Below, one piece after another: positions 22,601-34,729 of a stretch of DNA of 64,000 nt. The stretch is from assembly GCF_032444005.1 (NCBI RefSeq), contig NC_091283.1, positions 515,096,001 through 515,160,000 of the forward strand, read 5' to 3'. The notes below the pieces were generated by a model. The model was not told the DNA's origin and ran no database searches. It saw only the letters and a program-made list of their open reading frames with translations. Made by a program: the position numbers and the translations under genes. Positions within the stretch are counted from its first letter, which is position 1; each line of letters begins with the position of its first letter. This DNA comes from Ranitomeya imitator (taxonomy: Eukaryota).

Positions 22601-23581
22601 GTATTAATTAACTGCCCCATTATGAGATTGCCGTGAAGTGGCGGGGTAGCTCAAAGAATTGATCAATTGTTTGCTAAATGTCTCATATTTGAAATACAGT
22701 TAGAATTTATGTGCAATTGCACTTCAGTTATTGCGTTCTGACCATAAGCAGTGCTGGCTTCTTCCCATTAATTAATTTTTGCAGAGAATCAAACTAAATA
22801 CACCTTATAAGTGTTAATATATTTTTAAGGGGATCTGTCACCCGATTTGACATTACAAACTGCTTATGTTATTAAAAAGTTGTTTCATTCCTGATGAGTC
22901 TGATGTACTTGCTTTCAAAATCCATATCCGAATATAATTTATAATCTTAATAATAAAATGCTCATTGTATGTTTCCAGTTAAAGCGTGAAAAGCCTCATG
23001 AGTCCAATTGTATGCAGTCTCTTCCCACAAAGCCTGACTGATGGATGCAGCTGGCCCTGAGCAGTGTGAGATCTCGGCAGGGAGGAGAGACACTGAGGAG
23101 CTGTCAGGCTAGGTGGGCAGAGATTGCGCATAACTTCGCGTAGTCAATGCTGATAATGATTCTAAAGAAAGTACAACAATCTCATGAGGGGATGGCTGTT
23201 TGTATTGTGCATTTTGTTGATGGATCTGCTTTAATTTTTATTTACCAAAAAAAGTGAGTCTTCGGGTCCATGCTCATGGCAAAGCCCTGTACAATAAGCA
23301 TGTATGGCATAACAAAGTGTCTCTGTGGGTCTATATCACAGACCTTTAGGTGCCATATTGTCCCCTGGTAGCAATACACCAAGGGAAAATTGCCTGTGAA
23401 CTATAGCATGTGATTGAGCATAACCCAATGATTTTGTTAGATTCGTTATGTACCTGAAATAAGACAGTAGCCCCGATTCATCAAAGCTTCTACACCATCT
23501 GGCACAAAAACACAATTTGAATATCGCCAATCTGGATGAATTGGTGCCAGTGTCTCCGTAGATCGGAGGAACACTTTAGAC

Positions 23582-25626
23582 CAGGGGTCCCCAACCTTTC
23601 TTACCTTGAGAGCCACAGTCTGCTATGAAAGTTGGTCGAGAGCCACATTGTAGTATAGTGTATCGTGTTGGTGTACAGGAAACACACTAAGTCACCAGTG
23701 AAGTCCTCCATCTTTGCTTTTCATCTTCATCCAGCACAGACCGCCGTCACTTCTTCCAGCCAGGGCTTGTCTCTGCAGGAAATAAGTTATCTAGAGCTCT
23801 GCTTGCAGAACACATTACTTTTTTTCCCCAAATTCTAAACTACACCAGATGAAGGAAAAAAAAAAGGCGACTGTGTTGCTCTGCACAGTAACAGAACCGC
23901 CTCTCCCATTTAAAACACTATCCTCAAAAAATAAAATAAATACCTTACTGCAGTAATAATATCCCCTATCCTGGCCCCGGTGTGTCTCATTCCTTGCTCC
24001 AGCCATATGTTCTCCCATCCTGCCTCCATGTGATGCCCCATGATCCTGTCCCATCTGTCTCATGATCCTGTCCCATCTGTCTCATGATCCTGCTCCATCT
24101 GCCCCATGATCCTGCACCATGTGTCTCCATCCTGCCCCGTGATCATGCACCATCTGTCTCCATCCTGCCCCATGTTCCTGCACCATGTGTCTCCATCCTG
24201 CCCCATCTGTCTCCATTGTCTCCATCCTGCCCCATGATCCTGCACCATGTGTCTCCATCGTGCCCCATCTGTCTCCATCCTGCCCCATGATCATGCACCA
24301 TCTGTCTGCATCCTGCCCCATAATCATGCACCATCTGTCTCCATCCTGCCCCGTGTTCCTGCACCATGTCTCCATCCTGCCCCATCTGTCTCCATTGTCT
24401 CCATCCTGCCCCATGATCCTGCACCATGTGTCTCCATCGTGCCCCATCTGTCTCCATCCTGCCCCATGATCATGCACCATCTGCCTCCATCCTGCCCCAT
24501 GATCATGCACCATCTGTCTCCATCCTGCCCCATGTTCCTGCACCATGTGTCTCCATCCTGCCCCATCTGTCTCCATTGTATCAATCCTGCCCCATGATTC
24601 TGCACCATGTGTCTCCATCCTGCCCCATCTGTCTCCATTGTCTCCATCCTGCCCCATGATCCTGCACCATGTGTCTCCATCGTGCCCCATCTGTCTCCAT
24701 CCTGCCCCATGATCATGCACCATCTGTCTCCATCCTGCCCCATGATCATGCACCATGTGTCTCCATCCTGCCCCATGATCATGCACCATCTGTCTCCATC
24801 CTGCCCCATGATCATGCACCATGTGTCTCCATCCTGCCCCATCTGTCTCCATTGTATCAATCCTGCCCCATGATTCTTCACCATCTATCTCAATCCTGCC
24901 CCATGATCCTGCACCATGTGTCTCCATCCTGCCCCATGATCCTGCACCATCTGTCTCCATCCTGCCCCATATTACGGCCCCATCTGTCTGCCATTCTGCC
25001 CCCCGTGTCTGCCATTCTGCCCCCCGTGTCTGCCATTCTGCCCTGGGCAGATGATGATCCCTCCAGACGTCTCAAGCGCGCCCTTACCGGTGAATGACAA
25101 TAACCATCATATGCCTGCAAAGTGCGCGCTGACGTAATCTGCCAGCCTCCGATTGGCTGGCGACTTTAACTATTGCCGTGCGGGCCCGGGCCCACACTGC
25201 AATAGAGAAAATGAACCTGCGTCTCGGACTCAGGTTCAGTTACTGCACAGAGCAGAAGCCTGCCGCTGGGGTCCGATCAGCATAAGAGACGGGGCCCGAT
25301 GTGGGCCTCCTCTGCTGATCAGGCCCCATACGCCAGTCAGGGCAGTAATGCCCTGGTGGCGCGGGTCACTGTGCTCTATTGAAGCTGCAGTAACCAAAGT
25401 TTTGCGAGATTTGTGAAGTCTCGCAAGACTTTGCGCGGCTTCAGTAGAGCACAGTGACCCGTGCCACAGCGCAGGCGTGAATGCAGTCAGTGATTGACTT
25501 ACATACACAGGAGGGGCGGCATATTGCCATCGGCGGGGCGGCTCCCTGGGGACTTAACACAGTCTTATTTCCGGTGACCGTCGGCGAGCCACATGTGGCT
25601 CGCGAGCTACAGGTTGGGGACCCCTG
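23582..25626. mobile_element. Non-autonomous hAT element in the last NFE2L1 intron
   Basis: TIR CAGGGGTCCCCAACC / GGTTGGGGACCCCTG; 8-bp TSD CTTTAGAC on both sides. Confidence 0.92.
24030..25050. repeat. Complex minisatellite (CCATCTGTCTCCATCCTGCCCCATGATCCTGCA variants) inside the hAT element
   Basis: Direct reading; source of many overlapping pseudo-ORFs. Confidence 0.92.
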
Positions 25627-25840
25627 CTTTAGACAATTGGCAGGCAGAGTGCACAGAAAAAGTTTTCTGTACTTCAAAATCTTAGGTGGGGAGAGCGCGT
25701 CAAATAGTTGTGCATAAGAGGGTAAAAGAAGGTCTGGGAATATTTTATAGGGCTGTATGTTGTAACTGGTATATATTTTTTTCAGCATGGAATGTCTACT
25801 TCATGGTTCATATTTTACTTTTTTTTTTTTTTTTTTGTAG

Positions 25841-27094
25841 CCAATGGATACTAATAGTTCAACGGAAGATCCCTTATATCTGAGCATAGATCCATCACTG
25901 CAGCAGAATGGGAACCTGGATACACAGTCTCTTCAGGGCTGTGCCCAAGACCTGTCTCTCTTTACTCCATCCATGGAAGCTTTTCCAGTCTCTGAGTCAC
26001 CGCTGCCTCAGCTCTCTTCTCACAACTCTAGTGATATCAACTCCACTTTTGGATTTACCAATCTAACGGGAATTCTCTTCCCCTCACAGTTGAATAGCAC
26101 ATCCAATGACACCTCCAGCAACTCCCTGCAGGACCCTCTTGGTGGCATCTTTGGCGATGCTTTGTTTGATGAAATTAGCCTGATGGACCTGGCGCTTGAG
26201 GAGGGTTTTAGCCAAGTTCAAGCTTCTCAACTTCAAGAAGAGTTGGATTCAGATTCTGGCTTGTCTCTTGATTCACATCGAAGCCCAGCGTCTCCTAGTG
26301 GATCTGAGACCTCGTCTTCTTCCTGTTCTTCATCATCTTCCTCCTTCTCTGAGGAAGGAGCGGTGGGATACAGCTCTGACTCTGAAATGGTGGAACCAGA
26401 GGAAATTGATGAAGCCAGTGGTTACCAACCAGAATACAGCAAATTTTGCAGAATGAGCTCCCAGGACCCTGGCCGATTTAATCGCTTGCCTTTTCTTGAA
26501 CACGTAGGACACAATCATACCTACAACATGGTTCCTGAGGAACCCGAGGAGCCACAGTTGCCTATAGCAGGGAGGGGGAGCCGAAGACAAGCGGCATTCA
26601 TAGACCGACAGGCAGGACGAGATGAACAAAGAGCCAGAGCTATGAAGATCCCTTTCAGTAATGACAAAATCATTAATCTGCCTGTGGAAGAGTTTAATGA
26701 ACTTCTTACCAAATACCAACTTAGTGAGGCCCAGCTTTGCTTGGTACGTGATATCCGTAGACGAGGAAAAAACAAGATGGCTGCTCAGAACTGCCGCAAG
26801 AGGAAACTGGACACAATTCTGAATCTGGAGCAGGAGGTGAAACGCCTCAACAGAGAACGTGGTTCTCAGTTGCGGGAAAAAGGAGAAAACTTGAGATCAC
26901 TCCAGAGAATGAAGCAGGAAGTGGAGAACCTATATGAGGAGGTGTTCAGCCAGCTAAGAGACCAAGACGGTCGGCCATACTCTCCCCAGCAGTATGCCCT
27001 GCACTACACGAGCAATGGGAATGTAGTACTCATGCCACGCAACGCTGAGGGTCAACAAAATCGACGGCCAGAAAGAAAGGACCGGAGGAAGTGA
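25841..27094 (+). CDS. NFE2L1: NFE2L1 terminal coding exon (NST domain, DSGLS, Ser repeat, CNC-bZIP; 417 aa + stop)
   Basis: T-tract TAG| acceptor at 25840; six NxS/T sequons in the NST region; RDIRRRGKNKMAAQNCRKRKLD basic region; ends KDRRK-TGA. Confidence 0.98.
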   Translation, partial: PMDTNSSTEDPLYLSIDPSLQQNGNLDTQSLQGCAQDLSLFTPSMEAFPVSESPLPQLSSHNSSDINSTFGFTNLTGILFPSQLNSTSNDTSSNSLQDPLGGIFGDALFDEISLMDLALEEGFSQVQASQLQEELDSDSGLSLDSHRSPASPSGSETSSSSCSSSSSSFSEEGAVGYSSDSEMVEPEEIDEASGYQPEYSKFCRMSSQDPGRFNRLPFLEHVGHNHTYNMVPEEPEEPQLPIAGRGSRRQAAFIDRQAGRDEQRARAMKIPFSNDKIINLPVEEFNELLTKYQLSEAQLCLVRDIRRRGKNKMAAQNCRKRKLDTILNLEQEVKRLNRERGSQLREKGENLRSLQRMKQEVENLYEEVFSQLRDQDGRPYSPQQYALHYTSNGNVVLMPRNAEGQQNRRPERKDRRK

Positions 27095-28013
27095 CGTAAC
27101 TGTACCGAAAATCAGGAATATTACAGGACAGCGGGTGTGGGCTGTGTTTTCATTCAGGCCTCCGTATCAAACCTTTCACACAAGACTGACCCCAGTGAGT
27201 GATGAGGTAGATTTCTACACATACTGAGGGCCAGGGACTGTGTCCTGTCTGTCAGGGCCCCGTTTGTCCAGGAATGAGGAGGAGGCCAGCCGGGCCGGAG
27301 GGCAGAAGCATGCCCTGAAATCGTAATCCTAAGAAGCTGACACAGGCAGGGTGAAATACCATTTTTCTGTTTAATTTTTGATCTTGTAACGTTCAAAATG
27401 TAGGCAAATGTGTGTCGGGAAGTGAAGAGTAGCCTTGCATGAGGGTGAGCCGTGTCAGCGCTGTGCTTGCTAGGCACACTCTGTTTTTAAATGATTTGGG
27501 ACAAGTGGCCTAATTGCTAAAGGAAATCTAAGCCTCCTAAAATATTGTACCAGGCTTTGCTGAGTCTCGTCCTGCAGGCGGCATTGAGTGCCGCTGGTTA
27601 TTTTATGTGGCTCAGTTGTTCCTCGTCAGATGTGATTGTCATCAACAGGATAAAGATAGTTCCTCTTGTGTTAATTCTGATTTATCCGTACAGAATTTCC
27701 CAAGTTTAAAGATTGTATTGCCCCAAAGTGCCAGACAGGGCCATTACCCACGTTTTACTTACCAGTTCTAGCGCCATCCAGAGAATCCTGGGAAGTGGGC
27801 AGGATATAGTGTGTACTGTAGATTCCAATGCGGATTAGCAGGAATTATATTGAGGGATTGGAAATGAATCCTTCAGTCATTCTATTAAATTCACGTGATC
27901 AGTTAGGTTTAGAGTTTGCTGAGTGATAATAACTATGCACGTTCCATAATACATCATCCTGGAACTACGAAATTTATTGAAAGCTTTTTTTTTTTTTTTT
28001 TTCTTTTATTTGA

Positions 28014-28019
28014 AATAAA
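28014..28019 (+). terminator. NFE2L1: Likely NFE2L1 polyadenylation signal AATAAA
   Basis: Preceded by a U-rich tract and followed by GU-rich TGGTTTTGTG, ~920 nt after the stop. Confidence 0.6.
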
Positions 28020-28537
28020 CTGGTTTTGTGATACTCTCTAAACTTAATAACTTGTGTTGCCTTGTCTCTTTGCCATGAAAAAAATATTGCATCATCAAGC
28101 TCCTGATAAAGTGAAACCTGGCATTCACTAAGGTACTGGAAGACCAGTTGGATCCTCTGTAGGTTCGGGGGCTTGTACAATACTGGGGGGGGGGGGGGGG
28201 GGAAATGGGGCTTTTTTTTTTTTTTTTTATTCAAAATAAAAACAACTCCACACCTGTCCATAGGTTGTGCCTGGTATGATCAGGCGATCAGCTTCCCATT
28301 CAGATGTAATGATCCCGTACATGTGAATATACTCGGTGTTCAGCTTTGTGTATACTGAAGCCACAGTTATCCTGTTTTTACTGAACAGCCCCATCATAAC
28401 CTATCCACAGGGTATATGCCAGCTTGTTGATCGTTGGGGTCTGACCACCAGGTGCTGCACCGATCAACTGAACATGGAATTTTGATCTGATCCACGTTAG
28501 AACGGCGCGGTAGTGCGCATGCTTGACCGCAACTCGA

Positions 28538-29820
28538 TTAACCTCTTTCTGACCTTGGACGAGACAGTACGTCCGAGGTCAGATACCGCACTTTGATGCA
28601 GGGCTCCGGCGGTGAGCCCGCATCAAAGCCGGGACATGTCGGCTGTTTTGAACAGCTGACATGTGCCCGCAATAGCGGCGGGTGAAATCGCGATTCACCC
28701 GCTGCTATTAACTAGTTAAATGCTGCTGTCAAACGCTGACAGCGGCATTTAACCGGCGCTTCCTCTGGAAATGAGCGCTTCGCTGACCCCCGTCACATGA
28801 TCGGGTGTCAGCGATGCTTCTGCATTGTAACCATAGAGGTCCTTGAGACCTCTATGGTTACTGATGCCGGCCTGCTGTGCGCGCCACCCTGTGGTCGGCA
28901 CTCATAGCACACCTGCATTTCTGCTGCATAGCATCGATCTGATGATCGCTGCTATGTAGCAGAGCCGATCGCGTTGTGCCACCTTCTAGCCTCCTATGTA
29001 GGCTATTGAAGCATGGCAAAAGTAAAAAAAAAAAAAAAAATGTGAAAAAAATTAAAATATATAAAAGTTTAAATCAACCCCCTTTCGCACCATTCAAAAT
29101 AGATAAAAAAAAAAAAATCAAACCTACACATATTTGGTATCGCCGCGTTCAGAATCGCCCGATCTATCAATTAAAAAAAAAAAGGATTAACCTGGTCGCT
29201 AAATGGCGTAGCGAGAAAAAAATTCGAAACGCCAGAATTACGTGTTTTTGGTCGCCGCAACATTGCATTAAAATGGAATAACGGGCGATCAAAAGAACGT
29301 ATCTGCACCAAAATGCGATCATTAAAAATGACAGCTCAGCACGCAAAAAATAAGCCCTCACCCGACCCCAGATCATGAAAAATGGAGATGCTACGGGTAT
29401 CGGAAAATGGCGCAATTTTTTATTTATTTATTTTTTAAGCAAAGTTTGGAATTTTTTTTCACCACTTAGATAAAAGAGAACCTAGCCATGTTTGGTCTGT
29501 ATGAACTCGTAATGACCTTTAGAATCATAATGGCAGGTCAGTTTTAGCATTTAGTGAACCTAGTAAAAAAGCCAAACAAAAAACAAGTGTGGGATTGCAC
29601 TATTTTTGCAATTTCACCGCACTTGGAATTTTTTTCCCGTTTTCTAGTACATGACATGCTAAAACCAATGATGTCGTTCAAAAGTACAACACGTTTCGCA
29701 AAAAATAAGCCCTCACATGGCCATATTGACAGAAAAATAAAAAAGTTATGGCTCTGGGAAGAAGGGGAGCAAAAAACGAACACGGAAAAACGGAAAATCC
29801 CAAGGTCATGAAGGGGTTAA
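28538..29820 (+). mobile_element. TTAA-flanked non-autonomous element (piggyBac-like), copy A
   Basis: TTAACCTCTTTC...GAAGGGGTTAA; homologous to 34730-36011, 44711-46011 and 61190-62268. Confidence 0.8.
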
Positions 29821-30448
29821 TTTCCTATGGGACAAAGTAGCGCTGTGTTTGGGTTTTTCTGGCATGCTTGACCAACCACTACATTTTGTAATTGGGATAA
29901 TAATTTCCTGAACTACCAATCTGTGTGAGTCCCAGTGGTCTGGACAATCCCTATAAACTATAAAATCTTCTCCCTGAGCATAGTCTACTGTTACCAGTGT
30001 GATCCCTGACTTCCATGTTAGCTGTTATTCCAATAGTTTTAATAATTCTTCCGACTCGATTTATCGTGAGTGAGATCTACTTTTGTTTTCCATCTTTTTT
30101 CAGTAAAATATTTAGATAACAAGTACTTGTTTTGCAGAAGCTGGGTTAAACTGCAGTGTGCCAATAGAAACTGATACCACGACCAGAGGCTGGTTTATAG
30201 CCTGGAGAACAGGTGGCAGGATTTCCCCGCTGTTACTGGAAGGCACGTGATGACTCTAGAGCTTGTATGGCTGTCTGCTCGTACCCATAACCTAGAGCTT
30301 CATCCCAAAAAAAAACAAAAAAGAAACTTTGTAATATCTTTGCACATGTACACCCACACACACAAGTGTACACACACTCTACGCAAGGTCAGCAGTGGGG
30401 GAGAGTCAAACTGGGAAATCGCCTAGAGCGCCAACTCTATTCAGAGGT

Positions 30449-30700
30449 TAACCCCTTAGTGACCGGGCCAAATTTTAAAAATCTGTCCAGTTTCCCTTTA
30501 TGTGGTAATAACTCTGGAATGTTTCAACGGATCCCACTGCTTTTGAGACTGTTTTTCCGAGGCACATTGTACTTTATTATAATGGTAAATTTAGGTCGAT
30601 ATGTCTTGTTTTCTGATTTCTTTTTTTTTTTAAATAAATAATTTGACAAAAAAATTGAAAAAAAAAAAAATTAGCAATCTTCAAACTTTAAATGATTATC
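30449..30700. mobile_element. Truncated terminus of a related TTAA-flanked element
   Basis: TTAACCCCTTAGTGACC start; other end not found. Confidence 0.5.
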
Positions 30701-30966
30701 CCCAGGGCTGTGGAATCGGAGTTGTGGAGTCGGAGTTAGTTTTGGTCGGAGTCGGTAGAAATGTACCGACTCAGACTCCAGCTTTAAAAATTTTTTATTA
30801 ATATTTCATAATTGAACTTTCATATGAATTTTATAAATGTTACTCAAATATATATGTTCTATCAAACTATGAACAACAGTGATAAGCAGTTCTGCTGGAG
30901 ATAGAGACATTTCTTACTTCTTGTGTGTCACTGTTCTCCACTGCCCTTATCTAATCTTATACTTGG

Positions 30967-31205
30967 TTAAAGGGACTCTGTCACCTGAATTTGGAGGGAA
31001 CAATCTTCAGCCATAGGGGAGGGGTTTTCGGGTGTTTGATTCACCCTTTCCTTACCCGCTGGCTGCATGCTGGCTGCAATATTGGATTGAAGTTCATTCT
31101 CTGTCCTCCGTAGTACATGCCTGCACAAGGCAATCTTGCCTTGCGCAGGTGTGTACTACGGAGGACAGAGAATGAACTTCAATCCAATATTGCAGCCAGC
31201 ATATT
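30967..31205. mobile_element. T2-type MITE, left arm and centre only
   Basis: TTAAAGGGACTCTGTCACC terminus; palindromic centre ~31065-31200. Confidence 0.65.
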
Positions 31206-31904
31206 GCCCTTTACTGATCCAGCCTCTGGCCCATCAAGTGTCACTCTCATTTCATCAGTCCATAAAACCTTTGAAAAGTCAGTCTTAAGATATTTCTTGG
31301 CCCAGTCTTGACATTTTATCTTATGTTTCTTGTTCAAAGGTGGTCGTTTTTCAGCCTTCCTTACCTTGGCCATGTCCCTGAGTATCGCACACCTTGTGCT
31401 TTTTGTTACTCCAGTAACGTTGCAAATCTGAAATATGGCAAAACTGGTGGCAAATGGCATCTTGGCAGCTTCACACTTGATTTCCCACAATTCATGGACA
31501 GTTATTTTGCGCCTTTTTTGCCCAACACGCTTCTTGCGACCCTGTTGGCTATTTTCCATGAAACGCTTGATTGTTCGGTGATCACGCTTCAAAAGTTTGG
31601 CAATTTCAAGACTGCTGCATCCCTCTGCAAGACATCTCACAATTTTGGACTTTTCAGAGCCCATCAAATCTCTCTTCTGACCCATTTTGCCAAAGAAAAG
31701 GAAGTTGCCTAATAATTAAGCACACCTTATATAGGGTGTTGATGTCATTAGACAACACCCCTCCTCATTACAGAGATGCACATCACCTGATTTACTTAAT
31801 TAGTAGTTGGCTCTCAAGCCTGAACAGCTTGGAGTAGGACAACATGTATAAAAAGTATCATGTGATCAAAATACAACTTGCCTAGTAATTCTGCACACAG
31901 TGTA
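31205..31904 (-). mobile_element. Tc1-like transposon, 5' half with transposase remnant
   Basis: ORF MGQKRDL...KVLWTDEMRVTLDGP; terminus TACACTGTGTGCAGAATTA on the minus strand. Confidence 0.85.
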
Positions 31905-32111
31905 ATTGATTTTCCACTTTGATTTTGACTATCGTTCCAAATCCAGACCTTGGGATATTAATTTTGATTTACATATATCATTTTTATGTTTTATTGCTCT
32001 CAACACATTCCATTATGTAATGAATAAAGATTTGCAACTGGAATATTTCATTCAGTGATATCTAGGATGTGGTATTTTAGTGCTCCCTTTATTTTTTTTT
32101 TTGAGCAATGT
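31905..32111. mobile_element. Terminal fragment of another Tc1-like element
   Basis: Ends ...TTTATTTTTTTTTTTGAGCAATGTA, a Tc1-type TIR. Confidence 0.55.
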
Positions 32112-33524
32112 ACATGGAAAAAGGTAATTAAGAAACACTAAAAGAAATCAAGAACAAAAAATGTGGTTGTCAGTAATGGTTACTTTTTTTAAACCAAGCA
32201 TAAGGAAAAAAATTATGGAATCACTCAATTCTGAGGAGAAATTATGGAATCACTCAATTCTGAGGAGAAATTATGGAATCCTAAAAAACAAACAAGCAAA
32301 CACTCCAAAGCATCACTAGTATTTTGTTGCACCACCTCTGGCTTTTATTACAGCTTGCAGTCTCTGAGCCATGGACGTAATGAGTGTCAAACAATACTCG
32401 TCATCACTCTGGCTCCAACTTTCTCTGGTTGTTGTTGCCAGATCAGCTTTGTCATGGACCATTTTCTTCAACTTCCACCAAAGATTTTCAATTGGATTGA
32501 GATCCGGACTATTTGCAGGCCATGACATTGACCTTATGTGTCTTTTTTCAAGGATTGTTTTCACAGTTTTTGCTCTATGGCAGGATGCATTATCATCTTG
32601 AAAAATTATTTCATCATCCCCAAACATCCTTCAATTGATGGGATAAGAATAGTGTCCAAAATATCAACATAAACTTGTGCATTTATTGAAGATATAATGA
32701 CAGCCATCTCTCCAGTGCTTTTGCCTTACATGCAGCCCCATTTCATCAATGACTGTGGAAATTTGCATGTTCTCTTCAGGCAGTCATGTTTATAAATCTC
32801 ATTGGAACGGCACCAAACAAAAATTCCAGCATCATCACCTTGCCCAATGCAGATTTGCGATTCATCACTGAATATGACTTTCATCCAGTCATCCACGGTC
32901 CATGATTGCTTTTTCTTAACCCATTGTAACCTTGTTTTTTCTGTTTAGGTGTCAATGATGGCTTTCGTTTAGCTTTTCTGTATGTAAATCCCATTTCCTT
33001 TAGGCGGCTTCTTACAGTTCGGTCACAGACGTTGACTGCAGTTTCCACCTATTCTTTCCTCATTTGTTTTGTTGTGCATTTCCTGTTTTGGAGACATATT
33101 GCTTTAAGTTTCCGGTCTTGACACTTTGATGTCTTCCTTGGTCTACCAGTATGTTTGCCTTTAACAACCTTCCCATGTTGTATGTATTTGGTCCAGATTT
33201 TAGACACAGCTGAATGCGAACAACCAACACCTTTTGCAACATTGCTTGATGATTTACCCTCTTTTAAGAGTTTGATAATCCTCTCCTTTGTTTCAATTGA
33301 TTTCTCTCATGTTGGAGCCATGATTCATGTCAGTCCACTTGGTGCAACAGCTCTCCAAGGTGTTATCACTCCTTTTTAGATGCAGACTAATGAGCAGATC
33401 TAATTTGATGCAGGTGTTATTTTTGGGTATGAAAATTTATAATGTGATTCCATAATTTTTTTTCCTCAGAATTGAGTGATTCTATAATTTTTCCCCTATG
33501 TTTGGTTAAAAAAAGTAACCATTA

Positions 33525-34683
33525 CCGTAAAGGCTTGAGTATAAGCCGACCCAAGTATAAGGTGAGACCCCTAACTTTGCCACAAAAAAACTGGGAAAAC
33601 TTAATGACTCGAGTATAGGTCTAGGGTGGAAAATGCAGCAGCTACCGGTAAATTATAAAAATAGGTACCAATGAAAGTAAAATTGAGATATCAGGTTGTT
33701 TTTGAATATCCATATTGAATCAGGAGCCCCATATCATGCTCCATACAGTTCATGATGGGCCCCATAAGATGCTCCATAGAAAATACGCCCCATATAATGC
33801 GGCACAAAGGTTAATGGCCCCATAAGATGCTCCATAGACACATTTGCCCCATACAGTGCTGCATAAGGGTTAATAAGGGCCCCATAAGATGCTCCATAGA
33901 GACATTTGCCCCATATAATGCAGCACAAATGTTGATTATGGCGCCATAAGATGCTCCATAGAGATATTTGCCCCATATACTGCTGCACAAATGCTGATTA
34001 TGGCCCCATAAGATGCTCCATAGAGATATTTGTCCCATATGCTGTTGCTGCAATTAAAAAAAAAAAAAAAAGACATACTCACCTCTCGTCGCTTAGGCCC
34101 CAGCACTTGCAATATTCACCGGTCCTCGTTCCACTGCCAGGCGCCGCTCTGTCTTCCGCGTCCTAGGCACTGACGTTCAGGCAGAGGGCGTGCACTAACC
34201 ACGTCATCGCGCCCTCTGACCTGAACGTCACAGCATAGGACGCGGAAGACAGAGCAGCGCCCGGCAGTGGAACGAGGACAGGTGAATATCGCGCAATGCT
34301 GCTCACCCTCCCCATTATACTCACCTGCTCCCGGCGCGGTCCCTGGCAGCTTCCCTGATGGTCTCCAGGCGCTGACAGCTTCTTCCAGCGTTGAGCGGTC
34401 ACTGGTACCACACATTACAGTAATGAAATGCAGCTCCACCCCTATGGGAGTGGAGTCGCATCCATATTCATTACTGTAATGAGCGGTACCAGTGACCGCT
34501 CAACGCTGGAAGAAGCTGTCAGCGCCTGGAGACCATCGGAGATGCAGGGACCTTGCGAAAAGCAGGTGAGTATGTCACAGCCGCCGCTCCCCCTCCGACA
34601 ATGACTCGAGTATAAGCCGAGAGGGGCACTTTCTGCCTAAAAAATTGGGCTGAAAATCTCTGCTTATACTCGAGTATATACGG
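33525..34683. mobile_element. TA-flanked Tc1/pogo-type non-autonomous element with ~60-bp internal repeats
   Basis: TA TSDs; TIR CCGTA..GAGTATAAGC / GCTTATACTCGAGTATATACGG; repeats GCCCCATAAGATGCTCCATAGA at ~33760-34040. Confidence 0.8.
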
Positions 34684-34729
34684 TACTTACTACCACATTT
34701 TTTTTTTTCTTGATTTCTTTTAGCGTTTC

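Noticed and set aside
24060-25120. Many overlapping Met/Gly/Asp- or His/Pro-rich ORFs
   Set aside because: Minisatellite inside a hAT element
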